Shown: positions 51,296 through 64,000 of the stretch, piece after piece
How the letters are laid out: each line of letters begins with the position of its first letter
Position numbering within the stretch: the stretch's first letter is position 1
Assembly: GCA_030390025.1 (NCBI GenBank)
Contig: CM059432.1
Coordinates: forward strand, 148,864,001-148,928,000
Direction: 5' to 3'
From: Squalus acanthias
Lineage: Eukaryota
DNA: 64,000 nt
Translations under genes and position numbers: made by a program
The notes under the pieces: generated by a model
What the model was told of the DNA's origin: nothing
Databases searched by the model: none
What the model saw: only the letters and a program-made list of their open reading frames with translations

Positions 51296-53641
51296 CTCAC
51301 TCATTATATAAAGGATATATATGGGAAAAGAAGGGGCAGAAGAGAAGGGTGAGGTGATTAAATTACAACACAGCAGAATAAAAGGAACTACAACAGCGAA
51401 CAACTGCTCAGTCAATAGCAAAACTCAGCTAGTAATTATTTTTCTTGTACATTCAATACACTTTGTATCTTGAAGATGAAGGTGTTCTAATTACATAAAC
51501 AAAAACGATCATACAACTTCAAAAATAAATGGTAAGGGTTAAATATTCTAGGTGTCTGAATATTACCGTAAAGGTAGAAAATTGTATTATGAGCAAAAAT
51601 CTGTATGTTGGCCAACAGCCCAAATTGTCATGTACTTTCTTTCAGCGCATTTGAGATACTGACACACAGACAGAACTGAACATTTCCTGTGCTTTTTTAT
51701 TTTCCCAAGGTTGGCAATGATTTTGATTTATTGTGCTAGCCTCCATGTACCTCAGGATTCTAACCTAGTAGTAGATATTTTGGCCTGGATTTAATATCTG
51801 CTTCCAAATTGGCAAATTGGGTGTCTCTTGGTTAATAAATGCAGCTATCTGTGTTCGGCAAAGGTATAGAGTGAAGAGCATGAAATTTCTGGTGCAGAAA
51901 CTTCACACCAGCTTTCAGAACACATTTTCCTGTTAACAGTTAAGCTGTCAAGGAGAAAGTTAATTACAGAGGGACGCAAGATCTGGCTCTTCAGGAATGT
52001 AGAGATTGGCGTGGTCAGAGATGTCTCAGACCCACAATTTCTGGAGGCATTGTTAGATTAGCAGAATTACCTGAACTCCCTTCACTTAGGTTTTCTGAAT
52101 TCTGAGTAAAAGGAGGAGTGTGCAACAGAATTTCTTCTCCCAGGGCAGACTGCACAGAGCCAAAGCCATGTCACATGTATTTTTCCAAACAGAAGCTCAA
52201 AAGTCTTCCCTTGTCACAGGTTGCAGTAGATAAATTTCTGAATACCCCATTCTTGGAAAGAGATTTGTCACCCGAGTGTCGAGTTCATTTATGGGATTAA
52301 TATGGTTGTAACTCAACAAGACCGTTACTAAATTGCCCATAGATAGGCTCATATGGTGGTTCAATCGCAATAATAGACCTGATGTAAATCCTGGCAATAG
52401 GAAGTGGGAGTGAACACAGCCCTTACAAGCAAACCTCATTGCTGTGGTGATGTCACTCTACATTCATCAACCTTGCATGAGAACTGAACAGCCCCACAAA
52501 GCTAACCATATCACCCCTAGTTCTTAATTGATCAGATGCCATCTAGACTTTTAATGCATCCAGGGACCCAAAGACTAACTGCACCGCACGTGGGCACCCT
52601 ACTCTACCCCAGACAGTAGGTGTTCATCAGCAGATTCAGAGTCATCTATACAGGAAAGTTTATTTGATCTCTCTCGCTCTTGTTACTGTTGAGTTACCTT
52701 CCCAGTTCCCTTAACTATTCGCATACTGAAGTGCCTTCTGTACAATTCCCAACTCTCTCAACTTTAAGTAGTTCTTCAGTTTTATGTTAAGATTTGAGAT
52801 TTGATCTCAAGCTAGAAATCGACGTGAAGAAGAATGTTACAGATTGAGCAACTACATTTCAGCTGCACACTTCATTTATTTCTTCCAGCATGGAGAGCAT
52901 TTTTTTTTTGAGTCATGGGAATTTTTCATTCAGTGAGTTCTGAAAGTAGATGTCTTATTTCTCAAGTCGAATCATTCAAACTCTTCTAGGACACAGGAGT
53001 CTGCCAAAAAAGTGATCTCCCAACTCTGAACTTTGAGCATCATGGAGGAGTTCATGACAGGCAAAAGGTGAAGAATCTCCAAGTTAGTTCAGGGGACTCA
53101 GCAGAACTGTCCCATCCAACCTGGGCTGGAGAAAACTGACTCAGACTATGACACAATTCCATCAAGTTGGTTTACAAGAGGGAATGGGAAAGAAAAAGAC
53201 TGCCATTTCCACATTGAGTCAAATCCTAGGTCAGGACTCTCGAACGAAAATTCGCAACATGAGTTTTTAATTGCTCAAAAGACTGCAGCATCCATTATTT
53301 TGGCAGGTTCAAAACTGCGCTATATGGGCCACAGTTCTCATCTCTAGATTAAAATCAGAATATCCGGCTTCATCTGGAACTGCCTCAACTAGTATAGTGA
53401 AAGCGGAGGGCTCCAGGGACATGCTCCACCCATTCCTCAACAGTTAAATGCTATGCACACAAACACACCAACAGAAATTACCTGCCACATTGATAGAGGT
53501 AGTGGCTACTTGTGGGGACAAGAAGATTCCTTTCCTTCTTTTTATTTAGATGGTGATATTGAAGGCTGATAGATGGTAAATATAGCATCTTATTCACTAC
53601 CCAAAACATATTACAGAAGAAAGAATGAACTTGCATTTATA

Positions 53642-53820
53642 ATAAAAGCAGAAAATGCTGGAAATACTCAGGTCAGGTAGCATTTGTGGAGAGGGAAACA
53701 AAGTTAATGTTTCTGGTTGACCTGAAATGTTAACTTTGTTTTGCTCTCCACAGAAGCTGCCTGATCTGCTGAGTATTTCAGCATTTGTTTTTATTTCAGA
53801 TTTCCAGCTTTCGTTTTTGT
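53642..53820 (+). mobile_element. Short foldback retroposon (probable Penelope terminal-repeat derivative)
   Basis: About 70-nt imperfect inverted arms. 14-bp TSD aacttgcatttata at 53628-53641 and 53821-53834. Confidence 0.8.
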
Positions 53821-53875
53821 AACTTGCATTTATATATCACTTTTCATGTCCTCATGGCATCCAAAAGCGCTTCAC

Positions 53876-54448
53876 TAAGAACATAAGGAATAGGAGCAGG
53901 AGTAGGCCATACGGCCCCTCGAGCCTGCTCGGCCATTCAGTAAGATCATGGCTGATCTTCGACCTCAACTCTACTTTCCCGCCCGATCTCCATATCCCTT
54001 GATTTCCTTCGAGTCCAAAATTTATCGATCTCAGCCTTGATTATACTCAATGACTGAGCACACACAGTCCTCTGGGGTAGAGAATTCCAAAGATTCATAA
54101 CCCTCTGAGTGAAGAAATTGCTCATCTCATTCCTAAATGGCCGACCCCTTATCCTGAGACTATGACCCTAGTTCTAGACTCCCCAGCCAGAGGAAACAGA
54201 CTCTCAGCATCAAACCCTGTCAAGCCCTCTCAGAATCTTATATATTTCAATGAGATCACCTCTCATTCTTCTAAACTCCAGAGAGTATAGCCCATTCTAC
54301 TCAATCTCCCCTCATCGAACAGCCCGCTTATCCCAGGAATCAATCTATTGAATCTTGGTTGCACCGCCTCTAAGGCAAGTATATCCTTCCTTGGGTACGG
54401 AGCCCAAAACTGTACACAGTACTCCAGGTGTGGTCTCACCAAAGCCTG
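53876..54448 (-). mobile_element. CR1 3' fragment nested in a SINE
   Basis: Tail taagaacataaggaataggagcagg. Body matches the 48127 and 33606 copies. Confidence 0.9.
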
Positions 54449-56985
54449 TCAATTAGGTACCTTTGAATTATAATCATTGTTGTTTTCTAGGCAAACGCCA
54501 AAGCCAATCTGCACACAGAAAAGTCCCACAAACAGCAATGAAATAAATGACCAGATAATCTGTTTTGGTGCTGTTGGTTGAGGGATAAATCTAGGCCGGG
54601 ACACCAGGAGAACTCCCCTGCTCTTCTTCAAATAGTACCAAGGGATCATTTATGTCCACTTGAGGAGGCAAACTCCTTGTATTAATGTCTGATCTGAAAG
54701 CTGGCACCTCCAACAATGCAGCACTTCCACAGTACTGCACTGAAGTGTCAGCATGGATTATGTGCTCAAGTCTCTGGAGTGGGGCTTAATGACTTTCTGA
54801 CTCAGAGTGAGGATGCTACTGCTGACTTAAGGTAGGGCCAAATGGAAATTATGCTACCTTGCAGGATCCTCTTCATTCTTTGAGTAATAACTATCTTTCA
54901 TACACTGTACAACTTAAGCTAAAATTCAATGGTTCTGGGAAAATCATGCATTAACCATGCCCAAACTTTGTTTTTGGCACACATTAATGTTAGGCATTAT
55001 GCACTGTATAAAGATATGCTTGTATATAAAGCCCCAAGAAGTTCCACAACAATAGCAATTCATTTTGACCTGACCTGAATCTAAACTCACTTTACAAAAA
55101 AAAATCTAACCAAATTAAAAAAACAAACCTGGCGGGGTCTGAGGGGACAGTTGTGAGGGATTGTAATGAATACGCATCAAAGAATGAAGAAGGCTCTACA
55201 AAGTGGGCAATCTATCTTGGTTCTTCAGTTCAACATCCTTCACCACCAGAGGAGCCATATAAAAGTACTGTCCAATTTAAAACAAGCAGGCCCTGCCAAA
55301 CCTGATCCAACCCTCCGACCAGTCCAGGCTCAAGGCCCTGAACAAGATCGCTGAGCCATCTCGAGCACTGCGGAGCTGATGTGCGGCTTAGAAGGCAGTT
55401 GCCCCACAATGATGGACTGGAAGATGACTTGCTAGAAGGAGGCTGTGGAAGAGTCTCCTTATAATACCATTGGTTTTGAGTCCACCAGAAGACATCCTGA
55501 ACTGGCACTTAGTCTAAACACGTTAGATGAAAAGTGGGACGTCAGCAGTGCAACTCAAATGATTTTAGTAAGGGTTCTCAAACAATCAAGCATTTGGAAC
55601 TACAAAGATAGCCCATGCTATCAGCACAAATGTTGTGTGGGGGACACGAGTCCCCGGAATATTGTAGAAGGAAAGAAAACTCTCCTTTCAACTGTGAAGA
55701 CTTGTAATCTTACAAATATCAGTTCTCGCATGGGACCCAGCTGAGATTTCTTATGGTTATCTATGAAGCCCAATTTCTGGAGAACATTTAAACTGCTTGC
55801 CTGGCAGCATCCCAACTGAAAGCTGTGACAAATCAATCATCCAACTATGGGTACATGTGGAATTGCTACATCATTAAATGCACAACAACCAATGGAAGGT
55901 GCAGCCACACCAGGCAGCACAGCAAGATTCTAATCAACATATATTGACACTCAGAAACTAATCTTCTGTACTGCCATCTGATAATTAATTAGTGGCAAAA
56001 AATATTTTGAACTGAAATGGGAAGACTAACTAGCTGTGCTCTAACGGCCCGAGGATGAGTGATGTCAATATTTAGTGATGTACAAGATTTAAACATCTTT
56101 AAGTTTACAAACTGGCCTTTGGAACTCAGGCATGGCAGCAGGAAGGGGATTTCATGGTATGTACCTGTGCTGCTGCCTCGGCGTGGTCTCCATCTGACTT
56201 TCAGAAAGAGCAAGTACAGTAGCAATGGAGTCAGTTACATTGACAGTCTGACCAACAGAATAAATTATTTCAACTGCACACTACTGCCATGTAGAGGCAG
56301 AACATTGTCTGAAATTTGTCTTCAATAAGTTCGTAGGCACAGTAAGTTGTGTGGATGTTTGTAGGAAGTTACAAAGGGACACACAGTGTCTAAAGTGAGT
56401 GGGGAAAACGATGGTAGATGCTGTTCAATGTGGGGGAAAGTGTGTGGTCATACACTTTAGATCTGAGAAAGTCAAATCAGAATATTTTCTAAATGGTGAA
56501 AAACAAGGAAGTCTGAAGGAGTAAAGGGATTTAAGGTGTCCATGTATCAAAATTACTAAAAGCTACTTTTGCACAGGTACAAACAGTAATCAAATTTGAT
56601 TTATGTTTTACCTTGCCTGTACCTTTAAAAGGGAGGCTAAACCCAGGGGCTGTCAGCTGATCGTCTACCAATTTGATTCCCCATCATGGGGAGGGGCTTG
56701 GGTGCTGAAGACCTGCATTCCAAAATAGAGATCATTGCTGGAAGTGCTTTGTAGTAGGGCCAGGGTTGGTAATACCACCCTTCTTCCTGTGAATAGCTAA
56801 AAGGGATGGCCTATGGCACTGTTGGTGCTCTATATTGGTCACTCCCTGTATATCCTCAGCAACTTGCCTTGGAGAGAGCAGGTGCATCTTGTTCATTAGG
56901 TGGTGGCATGGAAAATCTTCTTGGGTTTCCTAAGCTACTTTTTGGAGGCTCAGTTTTGTTTCATAACCACTGCTTTGTTAATTCT

Positions 56986-57148
56986 CAGAAAATGCTGGGA
57001 ATACTCAGCAGGTCAGGCAGCATCTGTGAAGAGAGAAACAGAGTTCACGTTAACTCTGTTTCTCTCCTGACAGATGCTGCCTGACCTGAGTATTTCCAGC
57101 ATTTTCTGTTTTTATTTCAGATTTCCAGCATCTGCAGTATTTTCTTTT
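56986..57148 (+). mobile_element. Short foldback retroposon, same family
   Basis: Inverted arms cagaaaatgctgg...cagagtt / aactctg...ccagcattttctg. 15-bp TSD tgctttgttaattct at 56971-56985 and 57149-57163. Confidence 0.82.
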
Positions 57149-57851
57149 TGCTTTGTTAATTCTATCTGGAAGCCCAAGGCTAATCTTAGCAGCAAGTCGA
57201 TCAGGTGTTGTATAAACACAATCTGAAGCCCATCAGCAATACAGTACAAACTGCTGCACTTTTCATAATGCGCGAAGATTTTATTAGTAGATGGAATAGC
57301 CCTCCTGTCAGTATAGCTTAATTCCTTGTAATTACAGGTTTGTGCTCGAGTCTGTATCAAGTAGGCTGGAGATCAATCCCAGCCAAGTTTCTTTTAGCAC
57401 GAATACTGCTTACGGTACATGGACTATATGCTGTTTTATGACAATAGAATGACAGGAATATTATGCCATGTAATGCAGATTGCATCATTCTGCAAAACTG
57501 GAGTTGTATTTAAGTCAGCCGGTCCCTTTAAGGCCAGGAAGTTAATTCGGTCACTCAGATGTTAATTGTAGTTTGATCATGGAGCTCTGCAGATTGGAAG
57601 TTTTAGGTTGCAGCTGAGAAGCATCCAGCATTTTAAGATTGTTGTGCATCTGTAATAGGGCAAGTCTTTGTGAGCCAACGCTCTTTTCTTAATATATTGA
57701 AACAGATATGCGCCCAGCTGACAACAGGTGTCGGTTGTTTGTCTGAACAGTTGCTCTGCAGGCGATGAACCTACTGTTCTGTTTGTTGGCTCTGGGTGAG
57801 CACTGGGATACCAGAGACAACACCCAAAAAGTGCTCCTGGAATTCTTATGT

Positions 57852-57973
57852 GGGGAGAAACAGAGTTACGTTAACTCTCTCTCTCTCTACAGATGCTGCC
57901 TGACCTGCTGAGTATTTCCAGCATTTTTTGTTTTTATTTCAGATTTCCAGCATCCGCAGCATTTTGCTTTTGT
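57852..57973 (+). mobile_element. Short foldback retroposon, same family, short inverted arm
   Basis: Same 3' body (cagatgctgcctgacctgctgagtatttccagc...). TSD attcttatgt / attctgatgt at 57842-57851 and 57974-57983. Confidence 0.75.
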
Positions 57974-59589
57974 ATTCTGATGTCTTTGCTGGCTGTGCTG
58001 GAGTCAGGGTCCAAAGCTTTAGCCGAGGGGGCGTGCTCTGCCTTGTTTTGAGTCAGTGCCTTAAGGGCTTTGTCAAAGTACTGATCTCATTAATACTGGG
58101 GGTGCCTGCTAATACAAAAAGCAGCAGCCATGCACTTTAAAAAAAATATATAACCCCCTCACCCTACTGGCTGCCTGAGTACTTCAGATATTTATAGCTC
58201 TCTGAATGCTTTGTTAAATTAATGGCTGCTAGAGCGCAGAGTACTTGTCCATTTTGAAAGAAATGGGCTGTTTTGTGCACCAAAGAGGCAGACCTTCCTT
58301 GTAGAAAGTTTACTGAATCTCCTCTAAATTATTACTATTTCCAATCAGCCTCCGGCATGTTGTCACGTGGAAAGCCAGAAGATGATAGGAAATACAATAC
58401 AAATTATTTAAATTGATAAAATATATAAAACTACATATTTATCCTTTCCATAATATGTCAGAAGCTGCACGGCAGGCCCAAGAGGTCAGGAAGATATAAT
58501 GCTAGGAGCAAAAAAACTACTGAAAGCCACACAAAAAATGAACTGAGGCTTTTGAGCTTCATATACTACAGGAGCAAAGTAAGCTCCCACTTACTTCAAA
58601 ATAGCCAGGGTAATGTGTTTTAAAATTGAATTCAGTTATCTATGGCTGAGACACAGCATTTATCAGGGGAGAAAACAATGCACAAAGCTGTCTTCGAGAT
58701 TGCTATTTGGTTTGTGGGGAGGAAGCCAGCCGCTGTTTCAGTGTTACTGCTCGATCAGAAACTATTAAAGATCAAGTTTGTTTGGCTACTCCTTTATGTC
58801 TTTAAATGCTAATATGTGCAAACTTAGCCTATTGTCAGAACACAACTCAATTACTTTCTTTTATGGTCAGGTGTCCTGAAAAAAACTCAACAGACAACTA
58901 TTTATACTTTTATCTACCCAAGTGGCAGAAATCAATAATATTCTGATTGTCTGATTATTAAGAACCCGTCTTCTTCAAGGGAACTTGCCTCCACTTCAAA
59001 GAAAACCATGATTATATCTGACAGTAGTCCTAGAATTTTCACTTCTCTGCTTATTTCCAGAAAGGCTCCGTGAAGGTCAATTATCCATGCAATGTTTCAA
59101 CAGAGAATCAGTTGGAAATATATTGTAATCGATATCCAAATATTCAGCAATCTTCAATGTTTTGAAACAGCTCATCTCGTAAGTCAAGTATTGTACTGCT
59201 GGTTTCCTGTTATATGATTCCACTTTTGTGTAATTATTGTTCTTGCAAATAGATTCAACTATTAGTATTAGCCTGAACAGAACAACTGTGGTATTTTCTG
59301 CTTTTTGAAGTAGGCAGAAAATGGAGGTAGCCCATATAATCTCCAGTGGATCATACCATGGTAAGGGTCCCTTTGTATGCTATCCCATTCATGTCATGCA
59401 CAAGGTTGTAATCTTCAATTCCAAAGAAATGTACATCTGCTCATGGAACATCCTTTTAGTAGTGAATGCAAGTAAGTTCAATTGTAACATTTATATTTGG
59501 CTCTGCCCAGCATGCCAATTTTTTTTCATGTTATGCATAGAATTACACAGAAATCTCAACACAAACTGGCCACGTTGATGTTTACCCTG

Positions 59590-59930
59590 CACATGAGCAG
59601 TATCCTTAACCCATGGACCCGCTTGGTTCCCATATCGATTTATTCCGATTTCCTTGAACCACCTAGCTAACCTATTCTTAAATGTTGATGGTCTCTGATT
59701 CTATCACTAACTTTAGAATTACATTCCACAGCCTCACAATCCTCTGTGTAAAAAACAAAGTTTCTCCTGCTCTCTGTCCGAAATCGCTTCCATTTAATCT
59801 TATATCCATGTTCTCTCGTTCTAAACTCTTCAAACACTGGAAACAGTCTCTTTCTAGCTACTCTGCTCCAGCTTTCTGTAATTTTAAACACCTCTATCAA
59901 ATAATCCCATAATCTCCTCTGTTCTAACAA
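59590..59930 (-). mobile_element. Old CR1 3' fragment
   Basis: LEQRRLWDYLIEVFKI...RTREHGYKI...RRNF. Confidence 0.75.
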
Positions 59931-59984
59931 AGGGAGTGTTATGACACATTTAGCACATTTCTCCAGTCAATCCTTCTTAGTTTG

Positions 59985-61510
59985 GTGTCAGCTGTGGCTC
60001 AGTTGGTAGCACGTTTGACAAAGTACCACATGGAAGGCTGGTTAACAAAATTGAGGCTCATGGAATAGGTGGGTCAGTGGCAGCTTGGATAAGGAATTGG
60101 CTTAAGGACAGAAAACAGCGAGTTGTGATAAATGGCTGTTTTTCCAGACTGGAGGATGGTAGACAGTGGTGTTCCCCAAGGGTCACTGCTGGGGCCAGTG
60201 CTTTTTTTGAGATATATATAATGACCTGGAAATTGGAATACAGAGTAGAATTTCTAAATTTGCCGATGACACCAAACTTGGGGGGTGTGGCAAACAGTGA
60301 GGATGATACCAATCGACTGCAACAGGACATAGAAAGGCTAGCAGAATGAGCAGACAAGTGGCAGATGGAATTTAATACAGAGAAGTGTGAGGTGATGCAT
60401 TTTGGCAGAAGGAACAGGGAGAGGCAATATACACTTAATGGCACAATTTTAAAGTGTGTGCAGGGACAGAGGAACCTGGGAGTTAATGTGCATAGATCCC
60501 TGAAGGTGGCGGGGAATATTGAGAGAGTGGTTAACGAAACATATGGGATCTTGGGCTTCATAAATAGAGGTTATGAGTACAAAAATAGAGAAGTTATGCT
60601 GAACCTTTATAAAGCGCTGGTTAGGCCACAACTGGAGTATTGTGTCCAGTTCTGGTCACCACACTTTAGGAAGGATGTGAAGGCTCGAGAGTGTGCAGAG
60701 GAGATTTACCAGAATGGTTCCGGGGATGGGGGATATTAGCTACAAGGACAGGTTGGAGAAGCTGGATTTGTTTTCATTAAGAGCAAAGGAGGTTGAGGGG
60801 TGATTTGATAGAGGTATACAATATTATGACGGGTTTGGATAGGCTAGACAGGGAAAAAGGCTGTTCCCACCAGTTGATGGTACAAGGACTAGGGGACACA
60901 GATTTAAGGTTTTGGGCTAGAGATACGGGGGGATGTGAGAAAAAACTTTTTTACGCAGAGAGTGGTGACGACCTGGAAGTGGTGGAAGCGGAGACACACA
61001 ATGTTTTCAAGGTGAGACTGGACAGGCACTTGAGGGAAATAAACTTGTAGGGCTACGGGGATAGAGTGGGGGAATGGGACTGACTGGATTGCTCTACAGA
61101 GAGCCGGCACGGACTCAATGGGCCGAATGGCCTCCTTCTGTGCCGTTATGACTCTATGACACTCTCGCCTCTGAGTCAGAAGATTGTGGGTCCAGAGACT
61201 TGAGCACAAAATCTAGTGCAGTACTGAGGGAGTACTGTATTATCCAAGGGGTCGGCATTCAGATGAGAGATAAAATGTCTGCCCTCCCTGGTGTCCTGGC
61301 CATTATTTATCCCGAAACCAACATCAGCAATATTACAAATTATCCAGTCATTATCACATTGCTGTTTGTGGGACCTTGCTGTGCACAAATTGGCTGCTGT
61401 GTTTCCTACATTACAACACTGACTACACTACAAAAGTACTTCATTTCACTGTAAAGCTCTTTGGGAAGTCATGAAAGGCACTATATAAATGCAGGACTTC
61501 TTTTCTTTCT
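59985..61510 (+). mobile_element. Deu-type SINE with its tRNA-derived head split by a CR1
   Basis: gtcagctgtggctcagttggtagcac | CR1 | actctcgcctctgagtcagaagattgtgggt ... ctatataaatgcaggacttcttttctttc. Confidence 0.85.
60013..61160 (+). mobile_element. 5'-truncated CR1 nested in the SINE head
   Basis: FDKVPH, WIRNWLKDRKQRV and RPQLEYCVQFWSP motifs. Tail ttatgactctatgac. Confidence 0.92.
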
Positions 61511-61634
61511 TTTAGATAATAACACTGAGGCTTTTCCCCAAGCCATTAACGGACAAAACTTGGTATTAGATCAAGCAATGCAAGACAAAACAATGTCACA
61601 ATAAATGTTCACTTGTTACGTAGTGCACACTTAC

Positions 61635-64000
61635 TTGGCTCTCTTTTCAGCTTCTTCATTAATTTCCTTTCTACTGATTTCTATTTCGACCACATGTTCT
61701 TTGCGCAAGGCACGTAGGTCTTTTTGCAGTTTGGCATGTTCTTTACGCACTTGTAGTTTCTCATTTTCTGCCTCTTCCAGTTTGCGTCCCAATTCTGTTT
61801 GCTGCTTTCGCATGTCATCGAGCAACTTTTGTAGTTCTAGGTCAGCTTTTGTCTTCTCTTCAGAACTTTCCTCAAAGATCTTAAGCAGAGAGACTTTCTC
61901 TTCTAACTGCTCCTGGAGAGTCTTCATCTGTTTTTGGTAGCCTTCAGTCAGGGAACTGCTCTCCAATCTTATCTCTTTCTCAATTTCTTCCTTTCTTAAG
62001 GTGAAACCACTTTCTAGTTCCACTATTGTTCGTTTCTCAATCATTTCTTTTTCCTGCATTTTCTTCTGTAACTCTGCAACTGTCTTTTCCATCTCGTTTA
62101 TCTGTTTGCCTTTTACTCTTAACTGCTCCATAGAATTTTCTAATTTACCAGTTTCTTCTTTTTGTTGTTCAACCAGTAATGAATACATATGCTTCTGTTG
62201 TTTAAGCTCTGATTGAAGCTGGTCTGTTTCCCTCTTCTGGATTTGCTTCTCCTCTTCAACTTTTTCGAGGTGCTTTTGAAGATCTGTAGAAGATTTAATG
62301 TTTTCTTGTTCAGAATAGTTTAATTCTACCTGTCTCTCTTTGTATTTTTGCACCATCTCATCTCTTGCTGCTACCTCCATCTGTAGAACCATAACTTGTT
62401 CTTCATAGCTTTCTCTCAACATCTTCAGAGAGTTCTCCTTCTCAAGTTCCATTTCTTCTCTCACTTTCTCAACCCACTTTTGTTTTTCTGCCTTTTCTGA
62501 TCCTATTGTAGTGTCCAGTGTTTTCAGTTTTTCTTCTAAGGCCCCAATGGTTGCTTCTTGCTCCTCTGATTTTTGTTTCAAGTCTCTTATCTGTTCATCC
62601 ATACATTTTTCTTTTTCTTCCAATTGGGTTGTTAGTTGCTTCTTTATTTTTGCAATTTTCTGTTCTGCTTTTTTCTTTAATTCCGCTATTTTCGTGCTGC
62701 TCTCAATTCTCATTTTGGCTTCTATATCCTTCAATTCTTTCTCCTGGTTATTTACAAGGTCTAATTTAATTTGCTCCCACTCATTCTGTTTCTGTGAAAA
62801 TTCAACCCGGAGTGATTCCATCTCTTTCTCAAATGTTTGTATTTTTTCTTCAGCACCCTTGAATCTGTTGTCCTGATCACAAGCTCCAGCCTGAGCCTGT
62901 TCAAGCTGCAGCCCCATCTCCTGCAATTCAATTTCCTTTTGATGCAGTTGTTTGTTGAGTTCTTCCGCAACTTTACATTCCTCAGACTTTGCAGCAATAT
63001 CTTGGTCCAGTTCTGCTATCCTAGATTTAGTTGTTTCCAGCTGGGCATTCAGATCATTTACTATTTTCTCCTTCTCATTCTCCACATAGTCAATTTCAAT
63101 TCTCACACTTTGTAAATTGGTAGTCAGTTTTTCTACCTCTGCTGTCAACGTTGATAATTGGTCATCCTTATCTTTATTCTGTTTAACAGACATCTCAAAT
63201 TTTGACTCGAGCTCTTTCATTTTGTTGTTCTGCTGTGTGAATTTTGATTCTGCCTTTTTCTTCCATTCTGTTAGCTTGTTTTTATACTGGTCTGTCTGTT
63301 CAAGGGCTGAAACTTTCTCTTGAGAAACAGTTTCAATACTCACAGAGAGCTGACCTACTTGGTCCAGCAGCTTTTGGTGTTCCACTTGGTACTGCTTGTT
63401 GAGCACTGATATAGCTTCTTCCTTATCTGTGAGACAAACACTGTGCTCAAGCTGCGACTTCAGATCATTTATTTGTTTCTCCAAGCTCAAGATAAGCAAT
63501 TCTTTTTCCTTCAGCCCTTCTGTGATGGATTTGTGCACATCTGTACTTTCTGCCAGCTCTTTTCTACACTGCTCAATGCACGCCTCCTTCTCAGCTAATG
63601 CTTGATTGTGAAGTCTGCTTTCTCGCTGGAGTGTGTCCTGCTGTGCAGTAATGTTTTGCAGTTCAGATTGCAAAGCCTTAAAGTTTAGTTCTTCGTCTTG
63701 CAGTTGTTGTGTTGTATGCTGTACTGAATTATTCAATAAGACATTTTGATTTTCTACCTCTTGAAGTTTAGCTTCTAGTTCACCAACTCGATTGATCCTT
63801 CCCAGAAGTGCCTTTTTTACCTTCTCAATTTGATTTTGGTAAACTTTAATATGCTCGTTAAGGATACTGATTTTATCATTACACCTCTTATGGAATTCAT
63901 TGGTTTGTAGCTCTATTTTTGCACCTGCTTCATTGAAGCAATTTATTAATTGCTCTATTCGGCTCCTGAATTCAATTTCGTTCCGCTCAAGTTCAACACA
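61635..64000 (-). CDS. GOLGA4: GOLGA4 giant coiled-coil exon (5' end beyond the window)
   Basis: Frame open from 64000 to the donor AA|GTAAGT at 61635/61634. E/K/Q-rich coiled coil with golgin-245 signature segments EWKKKAESKFTQ and AELKKKAEQKIAKIKKQL. Phase 2 joins the 46250 exon. Confidence 0.97.

Larger units (their letters stand above)
53620..54825 (-). mobile_element. Deu-type SINE split by a foldback element (53642-53820) and a CR1 (53876-54448)
   Basis: Tail pieces at 53620-53641 and 53821-53875, body at 54449-54825, collinear with the 46648 copy. Confidence 0.82.

Noticed and set aside
51900..53500. Possible additional decayed DIRS/LTR RT-RNase H remnants (also 43700-45100)
   Set aside because: Only vague motif resemblance; could not assemble a collinear motif series by eye.
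59985..60012. tRNA gene
   Set aside because: It is the tRNA-derived head of a SINE, interrupted by a CR1; no complete cloverleaf.
61605..63605. Plus-strand Ser/Phe/Cys-rich ORFs
   Set aside because: Antisense shadows of the GOLGA4 coiled-coil exon.
1..64000. CRISPR array or prokaryotic defence/RT system
   Set aside because: Eukaryotic intron-exon context; no regularly spaced direct repeats; all RTs belong to known CR1, L2 or Penelope classes.

Overview
Vertebrate genomic DNA, most likely from a shark or other cartilaginous fish (inferred from the CR1, L2, Deu-type SINE and Penelope repeat families). The window holds the 3' part of the golgin gene GOLGA4 (golgin-245/p230) on the minus strand. 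I could trace nine phase-compatible GT-AG coding exons, from the giant coiled-coil exon (runs off the right edge) to the GRIP domain; the terminal coding exon was not located. The introns are packed with transposons: many often nested CR1 LINEs, two L2 copies, tRNA-headed Deu-type SINEs, and GC-rich non-autonomous Harbinger-like elements (one keeps a Myb/SANT pseudo-ORF). There are also fossil DIRS recombinase and possibly piggyBac fragments. The strongest leads are: (1) an uninterrupted 744-codon Penelope-like RT/GIY-YIG frame; (2) three short foldback retroposons with 10-15 bp target-site duplications; (3) a hairpin array conserved between two Harbinger-like elements. I found no clearly novel biological system. 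Repeat boundaries are approximate unless a TSD or junction is quoted, and family names come from recalled motifs, not database searches.
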